Assembly: GCA_965116475.1 (NCBI GenBank)
Contig: OZ220691.1
Span: forward strand, 1,120,001-1,184,000
Reading direction: 5' to 3'
DNA: 64,000 nucleotides
DNA from: Gemmatimonadota bacterium
Lineage (GTDB): Bacteria > Gemmatimonadota > Gemmatimonadetes > Palauibacterales > Palauibacteraceae
This document shows positions 56,791 to 64,000 of the stretch, one piece after another. The position numbers and the translations under genes are program-made. The notes below the pieces were generated by a model. The model was not told the origin of the DNA, did not search any database, and was given only the letters and a program-made list of their open reading frames with translations. How positions within the stretch are numbered: position 1 is the stretch's first letter; the number at the start of each line of letters is the position of its first letter.

Positions 56791-58185
56791 TCAGTTGTCG
56801 TCGTTGCTGCTGTCGCCGGCGTCGTCGTCGGTCGCGAGTTTCTTCTCCCGCTCTTCGACGAGCCGCTGGAAGCCCTCCTCCGTGAGGTGCGTCACGGCGA
56901 GCCACGCGTGCGACATCTCGTCCCCCGTGCGCGCGCCGCGCGCGTACCAGATCTCCGGGTCCGGGGTCAGTTCGTTCTCCGCCGTGTTGTCGTACCACCC
57001 GGTCATGACGAGGACCGTCCCGGGCGGGAGGAGCGGCGCCACGTCATCCTCGTAGATGTAGCTGTGGTGCCAGCGGGCGTCGAAGTCCGTGACCATGCTG
57101 ATGAGTTCGAGCCTGCCGTCGGGGTAGAGCGCCTGGATCGACATGGCGTGCAGGTGCACATGCCCGTGCGGCTGGAAGCTGTCGAGCCTCACCGGGTGGT
57201 CCCAGCGGTAGAACCCCTGCGTCATCGCGGTCCCTCCCGGCGCCAGCGCGATATCTCCCCTGAGAGGGTAGAGCCGCAGATCCTGCTGGAACTCGGGCTC
57301 GTAGCCCTCCTCGTGGAACCAGATCCCGAGTTCGACCTGATCGCCGGGCACGTCGTATCCCATGGGATAGTAGTGCGCGTCCCACTCGATCATGTCGTTC
57401 ACCTTCAGCATCCGCCCCGCGTCCGCAGGCACGATCTCCCCGACCTTGCCCATCGCGTACTCCGACAGGCTCTGGATGCGCTGGTACTCTCCTTCTTCGT
57501 TGAGTCTCAGCAGGCGCGGGATCGCGTGGTGCACGACCTGCCGCCCGGCGGGGAAGGATGGCCTCGTCTCGAACGCCATCACCCAGCGGTCCTCGTCGAG
57601 CCCCGTCGGCACCCGCGGCCGCCACCAGGTGTCGCCGCCCTCGGCCGGAACGTCGAACGGCTTCGACTTGATCACGTGATCGGGCGGGCCGAGGATGTCT
57701 TCGAGCTGCCACTTCTGCTCGTTCGGCCACTCGATCGGGGGCGGCATGTCGGCCGGATCGCCCTCCGGCGCCCCGGCGTCCGCCCACGCGACGATCGTCC
57801 CGATGTCCTCCTCGCTCAGCCGCCAGTCATCCTTGATGTCCTGGATGCCGACGCCCGTGTCGAGGTGGAACGGGGGCATGAGCCGCTTCGAGACCAGTTC
57901 CTTCATGCGCGAGGCCCAGCGGCGCGTGTCCCGGTAGTCGAGGAGCGGCATCGGCCCCACGGATCCCGGCCGGTGGCAGTTCTGGCAGTTTGCCTGAAGG
58001 ATGGGGGCGACGTCCTTCGAGAACGTGACGTCCACCTCCGTCCCGGCCCCGTTCACCCCGTTCGCGGCCGGTCCCTGTCCCGCGAGATCCCGGAACGTGA
58101 GACCCAGAGCAAGGGGCGCGATGAAGACGGCCAGCGCCGTGGCGCGTGACCAGGCATGGCTCGAATGGCGATGCGATCCACGCAT
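56791..58185 (-). CDS. Secreted cytochrome c (CxxCH) fused to copper type II monooxygenase (PHM)-like domain
   Basis: CQNCH...GPM...MPP; VVHHA; PHGHVH; TGDEMSH. Confidence 0.72.
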   Translation of the reverse strand: MRGSHRHSSHAWSRATALAVFIAPLALGLTFRDLAGQGPAANGVNGAGTEVDVTFSKDVAPILQANCQNCHRPGSVGPMPLLDYRDTRRWASRMKELVSKRLMPPFHLDTGVGIQDIKDDWRLSEEDIGTIVAWADAGAPEGDPADMPPPIEWPNEQKWQLEDILGPPDHVIKSKPFDVPAEGGDTWWRPRVPTGLDEDRWVMAFETRPSFPAGRQVVHHAIPRLLRLNEEGEYQRIQSLSEYAMGKVGEIVPADAGRMLKVNDMIEWDAHYYPMGYDVPGDQVELGIWFHEEGYEPEFQQDLRLYPLRGDIALAPGGTAMTQGFYRWDHPVRLDSFQPHGHVHLHAMSIQALYPDGRLELISMVTDFDARWHHSYIYEDDVAPLLPPGTVLVMTGWYDNTAENELTPDPEIWYARGARTGDEMSHAWLAVTHLTEEGFQRLVEEREKKLATDDDAGDSSNDDN

Positions 58186-58391
58186 GAGACATCCTCCTCC
58201 AGATGGAACTGCTCCGCTGCCGCTCCCGGCGACTCCTCTTTAACTCCCTGATACAGTGCGAAGAAACGTCGCGTGCGTGCAAGGAGACGTTGCGTCCCGG
58301 GAAACGCGCGTCCACGATGGAGTGTTATCCTTGCAGCCCGCCCGACGGCGAACTGCGGAAGTGCGGAAGAGAGAACAGCGAGAGCGGACGG

Positions 58392-60470
58392 ATGATGAAG
58401 AACCACTGGAGCTGGCGACCGAGCAGCGCCCTTCTTCTCCCCCTTCTCTTCGGAGCCATCTTCGGAGCCGTCGGGGGGACCCCCGCCGCGGCGCAGGGTC
58501 CCGGCGTCGAGGGGGCCGCGTGGACCTACCTGGGCGGCGACGCCTGGCACACCCGCTACACGCCGGCGACGCAGATCGACGCCTCCAACTTCGAGAGCCT
58601 CGAGGTCGCGTGGCGCTGGGACGCTTCGAGCTTCGGGCCGAGCACGGCGCGGGCCACGCCATCCTACGTCGACGGGAAGATGATGACGGTCACGGGCGAG
58701 AACCGGCACGTGATCGCCCTCGACCCCTCCACGGGAAGACTCCTGTGGAGCTTCGCCGAGCCGATGACCTGGCGGCACGAGTACTCGATGCGGAAGGCGT
58801 ACGGGAAGGGCGTCGCCTACGCCGAGGTCGACGGACGCGGCGTCGTCTACATCATCAGTCCCGGGTTCTTCCTCTACGCGCTCGACGCCGACACGGGACG
58901 GCCGCTCGAGAACTGGGGCGAGGCGGTGCCGCTGCCGGGATTCCCGTCCTCGGGGACGGTGGACCTGGTGGCGGACCTCATCGAGGGGTGGGGGCCGTGG
59001 GAGAACCTGAACCAGGAGTACGACCCGGATCAGGGGATGCCGCTCGAGATCGGCTACATCACCGCGTCGTCCCCTCCCATCGTCGTGAACGGCGTGGTCG
59101 TCGTCGGCAACTCCGCGGAGCAGGGCTACAACCAGACCCGGAAGGAGATGGTCCCGGGCGACATTCTGGCCTATGACGCGCGCACCGGCGAGTTCAAGTG
59201 GAAGTTCCACGTCATCCCGCGGCCGGGCGAGTTCGGGCACGAGACGTGGGAGAACGACGCCTGGCAGTGGACGGGAGACGTGTCCCCGTGGGCGCCGCTC
59301 TCGGCGGACCCGGAACTCGGCCTCGTCTATCTCGTCACGAACAACGCCACGATCGACTATTACGGCGGCTTCCACCCCGGCGACAACCTGTTCGGCACCA
59401 GCATCGTCGCGCTCGACGTGGAGACGGGCGAGCGCCGCTGGCACTTCCAGTTCGTGCGCCACGACATCTGGAACTACGACACGCCGACCGCGCCGCTCCT
59501 CATGGACGTGGTCGTCGACGGCCGGCCGATCAAGGGCGTCTTTCAGGCCACGAAGCAGTCGTGGCTCTACGCGCTCGACCGCGAGACGGGCGAGCCGATC
59601 TGGCCCATCGAGGACCGGCCGGTACCGCAGTCGAAGGTGCCGGGCGAGAAGCTCGCCGAGACCCAGCCGCACCCGACGTGGCCCCTGCCCTACGACCTGC
59701 AGGGCCGCACGGAGCAGGACCTCATCGACTACACGCCCGAACTGCGCGAGCTGGCGCTGGAATACGCCCGGGAGAACGACCTCTTCGTGCCGCTCTTCAA
59801 CCCGCCCACGCACGTCGGAAACCCCGATGGCGAGGGGCCGGCGCTCATCTGCCCCGGCGGGGGCGGGGGGGCGAACATCACGGGTCCGCCCGTCGCCGAC
59901 CCCGTGAACGGGATCGTCTTCGTCACGTCGACCAGCGGGTGCTCGCCGGTGATGGTGGCGCCGGGCATCGACTCCGAACTCGATGGGCCGGAACAGACGG
60001 GCGTCACCCACTCCGAATTCTCCCGCGCGATCGGCGTCGTGACGGAGAGCACGGCGGACCAGGCGACGGTCGAGGGGCTGAGGATCTGGAAGGGGCCGGT
60101 CGGACGGATCACGGCGATCGACGTGAACACGGGCGAACACCTGTGGATGATCCCGCACGGCGACGCGCCGGAGCGGCAGCAGGCGGTGATCCGCGACCAT
60201 CCGATGCTGCAGGGAGTGGACGTGAATCCGAACCAGGGCCGGCGCGGCCATTCGGCCATGGTTGCAACTCCGACGCTCCTTCTTGCGTCTGGACAGACGA
60301 GCGATGGGACGCCGCACCTGTTCGCGATCGACAAGCGGACCGGCGAGCGCGTGGGCCAGGTGGAGTTGCCCGGCAACACGCGTTACGGAATGTCGAGCTG
60401 GGTCCACGAGGGCAGGCAGTATGTGATCATCCAGTTGACCGATGGACTTGCGGCGCTGGCCCTGCCCTGA
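58392..60470 (+). CDS. PQQ-binding beta-propeller quinoprotein (glucose/alcohol dehydrogenase-like)
   Basis: W.Y.GGD...TRY....QI...N...L..AW, YDARTGE..W.FH.IP, GDNLFGTSIVALD, HDIWNYD, LDRETGEP.WPI. Confidence 0.85.
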   Translation: MMKNHWSWRPSSALLLPLLFGAIFGAVGGTPAAAQGPGVEGAAWTYLGGDAWHTRYTPATQIDASNFESLEVAWRWDASSFGPSTARATPSYVDGKMMTVTGENRHVIALDPSTGRLLWSFAEPMTWRHEYSMRKAYGKGVAYAEVDGRGVVYIISPGFFLYALDADTGRPLENWGEAVPLPGFPSSGTVDLVADLIEGWGPWENLNQEYDPDQGMPLEIGYITASSPPIVVNGVVVVGNSAEQGYNQTRKEMVPGDILAYDARTGEFKWKFHVIPRPGEFGHETWENDAWQWTGDVSPWAPLSADPELGLVYLVTNNATIDYYGGFHPGDNLFGTSIVALDVETGERRWHFQFVRHDIWNYDTPTAPLLMDVVVDGRPIKGVFQATKQSWLYALDRETGEPIWPIEDRPVPQSKVPGEKLAETQPHPTWPLPYDLQGRTEQDLIDYTPELRELALEYARENDLFVPLFNPPTHVGNPDGEGPALICPGGGGGANITGPPVADPVNGIVFVTSTSGCSPVMVAPGIDSELDGPEQTGVTHSEFSRAIGVVTESTADQATVEGLRIWKGPVGRITAIDVNTGEHLWMIPHGDAPERQQAVIRDHPMLQGVDVNPNQGRRGHSAMVATPTLLLASGQTSDGTPHLFAIDKRTGERVGQVELPGNTRYGMSSWVHEGRQYVIIQLTDGLAALALP

Positions 60471-60527
60471 CGGCCACTCCGGCCGGACGGGCTGAACCTT
60501 ATCGAGAGCTTGAGAAAGAAGAAAAAA

Positions 60528-61199
60528 ATGCTGCGTGAACATCTGAATTCCGGACGCGCGGGCGTCTGCGTCGCCGTGGCGTTGTCCGTACTCGTCGCCG
60601 GGGCGTGCATCGAGAGCGAGGACACGATGGAGCCCACGCCCGTGAACGAAGCACCGGTCGCGGTCGGCGTCGTGCCGCCGGTGACCGTTGCGGCCGGCAA
60701 CCATGTGACGGTGGACGTGTCCGGCTTCTTCCAGGATCCGGACGGCGACCCGCTCCTGTACGGCGCGGGGACCTCGAACGCGCTCGTGGCCGGCGTCTCC
60801 GTCTCGGGCAGCATGATGACCGTGGTCGGGGTCGGGACGGGCCAGGCGGCCGGGTTGCTCTTCGCTCGCGATCAGGCTGGCGGTGAAGCCGTGCAGAACT
60901 TCCTGATCACCGTGCCGAACCAGCCGCCGGTGGCGGCGCAGTCCCTCCCGGCGCTGAGCCTGACCACGGGGCAGGTACACCAGATCGACCTGTCGCAGTA
61001 CTTCAGCGATCCGGAGGGCGACGACCTGACGTACAGCGTCACGACCGGGAACACGCTTGTCGCGGTGGGAGCGGTGTCCGGCAGCACGCTCACGGTGGTC
61101 GGCGTGACGGTAGGGAGCACGACGATCACGGTCACGGCGCGGGACGCGGACGGCGGCGAGGTCCAGCAGGAAACGCCGGTGGTCGTGAGCAGCCGCTAG
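60528..61199 (+). CDS. Lipoprotein with two Ig/cadherin-like repeats
   Basis: VAGAC lipobox; two N..P...F.DP.GD.L.Y repeats ending TARD. Confidence 0.75.
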   Translation: MLREHLNSGRAGVCVAVALSVLVAGACIESEDTMEPTPVNEAPVAVGVVPPVTVAAGNHVTVDVSGFFQDPDGDPLLYGAGTSNALVAGVSVSGSMMTVVGVGTGQAAGLLFARDQAGGEAVQNFLITVPNQPPVAAQSLPALSLTTGQVHQIDLSQYFSDPEGDDLTYSVTTGNTLVAVGAVSGSTLTVVGVTVGSTTITVTARDADGGEVQQETPVVVSSR

Positions 61200-61386
61200 G
61201 GTCCGCGAGGGCCGCGCCGGGCCGGGGGCCGCAGCGGCGCCTGTCGAGCGGTGACGGGCAGTGACGGGCGGGGCTCGTTGAAGATGTGACCCGTCCGGGG
61301 ATTGCTTCGTGTTAGGAGTGGCACACCGAAAACCCGGTTTGGCGCGAGCGATGAACGTTTCGCTCAGGCGCCTTGAAGGAGGCAAC

Positions 61387-62133
61387 GTGAAGTACCGATT
61401 CAGACAGTCCTCGCTGGCGGCCGTCCTCGCCGTCATCGGGGGAGCCTGGGCGGCCGAAGCGCTCGCGGCGCAGGACTTTCTCTTCGGGCGTCCCTCCATC
61501 ACGTTCGGCGCCCGAATCGGGTACGCGATACCCCGCGCGGACAGCGATATCTTCGATTTCACGCGCAGGGAACTGACGGTCGAGAAGAAGGATTTCAACG
61601 CCCTGGCGCTCGGCGCCGACCTCGGCATCCGGCTCTCCGATCGCATCGATCTTGCGCTGGGCCTCGGGTACGAGAACAGCGAAATCGACTCCGAGTCCCG
61701 GGAGTTCATCGGCACCGACGACCTGCCGATCGTGCAGACGACGGATTTCCGCCGGGTCCCGTTCACCATCGGCCTGAAGGCCTACCTCACGGAGCGGGGA
61801 CGGAGGATCAGCAATCTCGCCTGGATTCCGGGCAAGTTCGCTCCCTTCGTCGGCGGCGGCATCGGCTTCATGTGGTACGAATTCGAGCAGGAAGGCGAAT
61901 TCGTCGACTACGAGACGCTCGACATCTTCTACGACTACTTCTCGTCCCGTGACGGATCCGCGCTCGCCTACGCGACGGCCGGATTCGACTACTCGCTCGG
62001 GCTACGGTGGATTTTGACCGCCGAAGCCCGTTATTCTTGGGCCAGCGCGGATATGAGCCAGGGTTTCGTCGGGTTCGACAAGATCGACCTGACCGGACTT
62101 CGCGCCGCGTTCGGCATCTCGGTACGGCTGTAA
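61387..62133 (+). CDS. Outer-membrane beta-barrel protein
   Basis: Signal peptide, PFVGGGIG, AEARY, ends AAFGISVRL; AGGAGG RBS before GTG. Confidence 0.72.
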   Translation: MKYRFRQSSLAAVLAVIGGAWAAEALAAQDFLFGRPSITFGARIGYAIPRADSDIFDFTRRELTVEKKDFNALALGADLGIRLSDRIDLALGLGYENSEIDSESREFIGTDDLPIVQTTDFRRVPFTIGLKAYLTERGRRISNLAWIPGKFAPFVGGGIGFMWYEFEQEGEFVDYETLDIFYDYFSSRDGSALAYATAGFDYSLGLRWILTAEARYSWASADMSQGFVGFDKIDLTGLRAAFGISVRL

Positions 62134-62151
62134 ACCTCGAGGTAGGGTCAC

Positions 62152-63333
62152 ATGATGGAACAGCGAACTGCTGGAATCGGCTCCGCTCTTTTTGTAGCGG
62201 CCGGCATGATGCTCGCGGCCGGACCGCTGTCGACCGCGGCGGCGCAGGAGATGGATGAACGCTGGCTCGCCTGGATGGGTTGCTGGCAGCCCGTTCGTAC
62301 GGCAACGAGCGCGGACGCACCCGAATCGCTGCTCTGCTTCCGGCCGAGCGCGGAGGAGACCGGCGTCGAGATGATCGCGGTCGAAGACGGCGAGATCGCG
62401 GCCCGGGAAGTCGTGCGGGCGGACGGACAGCCCCGCGACGCGACCCTGGACGGCTGTAACGGATCCCGTCGCGCGGTCTTCGCCTCGCGTCCGGGCCGGG
62501 TGTTCATGGATGTGGACCAGGTCTGCGAGGGCGGCGTCGACCGATCGTCGAGCGGCATGTTCGCGATGATCTCATCCGACGCCTGGATCGACGCGCGAGT
62601 CGTCACGGTCGGCGGCGAGAAGCTGACGTGGGTGACGCGATACCGGCTGGCCACGCAGAGCCAGGCCGAGGCCGTCGGCCTGGGTGAGATCGCGGCCGAC
62701 CGGAGCCTGGCCGTGCGCTCGTTGCGGCTCGCGGCGTCCGGAGGGTATTCGGTCGCGGACATCATCGAGGCTCAGGCTCATGTGGATCCCGAGGCCGTGG
62801 AGGCCTGGATCGTCGAACACGAGACGCCCCTCGCGGTCGACGCCGACCGGCTCGTCCAGCTCGCCAATGCCGGCGTGTCCGAGGGCGTCATCGACATGAT
62901 GGTCGCGCGGAGCTATCCGGAGCGCTTCGCGGTGTCCACGGGCGGCGACGGCGTCGCACAGCCCTGGAGCGGCGCGGGCGGATACTACGACCCGTTCTAC
63001 GGGGGTTACGGCTGGGGTTATCCCTACCGCCCCCGCTTCGGCTACCGGTACGGTTACGGCTACTCGCCCTTCGGTTACGGCGGCTACTCGCCCTTCGGTT
63101 ATGGGTACGGGTACGGGTACGGCTATGGCTACGGTCCGACGATCATCCGCACGGAGCCCGCGAACAGCGGCGGCCGGGTGATCAACGGGCGGGGCTACAG
63201 CAGCGGAACGTCCAGAATCGGAACACGGCCGATGGGGTCCTCGCGGGGGACGGCGTCGATCGGTTCCTCCTCCTCGGGCTCGACAGGGCGGTCGACGGGA
63301 CGGACCGCGCGGCGGCGTGGCGGCGGTTCCTGA
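62152..63333 (+). CDS. Secreted hypothetical protein with Gly/Tyr-rich and Ser/Gly/Arg-rich C-terminal tail
   Basis: Signal peptide; W.GCW; GYGYGYGY tract; followed by a terminator. Confidence 0.7.
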   Translation: MMEQRTAGIGSALFVAAGMMLAAGPLSTAAAQEMDERWLAWMGCWQPVRTATSADAPESLLCFRPSAEETGVEMIAVEDGEIAAREVVRADGQPRDATLDGCNGSRRAVFASRPGRVFMDVDQVCEGGVDRSSSGMFAMISSDAWIDARVVTVGGEKLTWVTRYRLATQSQAEAVGLGEIAADRSLAVRSLRLAASGGYSVADIIEAQAHVDPEAVEAWIVEHETPLAVDADRLVQLANAGVSEGVIDMMVARSYPERFAVSTGGDGVAQPWSGAGGYYDPFYGGYGWGYPYRPRFGYRYGYGYSPFGYGGYSPFGYGYGYGYGYGYGPTIIRTEPANSGGRVINGRGYSSGTSRIGTRPMGSSRGTASIGSSSSGSTGRSTGRTARRRGGGS

Positions 63334-63364
63334 GACCCACTGCCCGACCCAGCCGACAGCTTTC

Positions 63365-63392
63365 GAAAGGGCCCGGTCTTCCGGGCCCTTTC
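63365..63392 (+). terminator. Rho-independent terminator-like hairpin
   Basis: GAAAGGGCCCGG-TCTT-CCGGGCCCTTTC perfect 12-bp stem, 31 bp after the stop codon. Confidence 0.8.
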
Positions 63393-63474
63393 CCGTTTCA
63401 CGTCTCGCGCCCGGAGGTCCGGAACCGCAGATTGGCGATGCGGTCGATTCCGATGCCGGCACCGAGGAGGAACG

Positions 63475-64000
63475 ATGAACGTGAACCGACCCGCCGCGCG
63501 CCCCTTCACCTACGTCGCGATCGGCGTCCTCGGACTCGCTGCTGCTGCCGCGGTCCTCATTCAGCCCGACGCGGCCCGCACGCAGACCACGTCCGGCGGA
63601 TGGGAGCCCCCGCTCACCGCGCACGGCCATCCCGACCTGCAGGGGAACTGGACCAACCAGACGCTGACGCCCTTCGAACGTCCGGAAGGCCAGGGACCCG
63701 TGCTGAGCCCGGACGAAGTCGCGACGATAGAGAGTGGACAGGCGCTGACCGTCGCCGAACGGACGGCACCCGTAGACCCGGACCGGCCGCTGCCGCCGGG
63801 GGGTGAGCACCGGGTCTGCATCGATGGGGCCACAACCTGTTACGACGAGTTCTACCGCGAGCCGGGCGAACGCGTGGCGATCGTGCACGGCGAGCCGCGC
63901 AGTTCCCTCGTCACCGACCCGCCGGACGGACGGATCCCGGACCTCACGCCGGAGGCCCGGCGGCGGCTGGAGGAGGCGGCGGAGTTCCGCGGCAGATTCG
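63475..64000 (+). CDS. Secreted hypothetical protein (G.PDLQG.W motif), runs off the window
   Basis: GAGGAGG RBS; MNVNRP...signal peptide; GHPDLQGNWTNQTLTPFERP; SLVTDPPDGRIP; open to the window end (absent from the ORF track). Confidence 0.7.
   Translation, partial: MNVNRPAARPFTYVAIGVLGLAAAAAVLIQPDAARTQTTSGGWEPPLTAHGHPDLQGNWTNQTLTPFERPEGQGPVLSPDEVATIESGQALTVAERTAPVDPDRPLPPGGEHRVCIDGATTCYDEFYREPGERVAIVHGEPRSSLVTDPPDGRIPDLTPEARRRLEEAAEFRGRF

Noticed and set aside
61340-61355. Sigma54-like TGGCGCG-N4-ATGAA upstream of the beta-barrel gene
   Set aside because: The -12 element lacks the conserved GC, so the evidence is too weak.

Overview
A high-GC, densely coded bacterial chromosomal segment. 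The gene content (many exported hydrolases and quinoproteins, a bat operon, DUF305/LVIVD, DUF3500) suggests Gemmatimonadota, but this is an inference. I saw no rRNA, tRNA, CRISPR array, integrase or transposase. About 50 CDSs can be supported. They include transporters, a polyamine-type ABC system with two binding proteins, a partner-switching signalling module, a moxR-bat operon and several exported oxidoreductases. The most striking locus is a tightly coupled minus-strand operon (25434->17455): amt ammonium transporter, circularly permuted ATP-grasp ligase, alpha-E protein, transglutaminase, outer-membrane porin-like protein, and a single ORF fusing a TolC/NodT outer-membrane factor to a DUF1028 (Ntn-hydrolase-like) domain plus TPR. 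It looks like a nitrogen-linked peptide ligation and processing system in which the usual Anbu-type Ntn peptidase is replaced by one tethered to an outer-membrane channel. Other notable items are a circularly permuted Tat-exported D-amino-acid oxidase, a Tat alpha-hydroxy-acid oxidase carrying CxxCH, a cytochrome c/PHM-like copper protein divergent from a PQQ quinoprotein, a MerR-HTH/ARPP-1 (DUF6569) pair, and an intergenic 16-bp palindrome that occurs twice exactly. Family assignments come from motif recognition by eye, not database searches, and several start codons are estimates.
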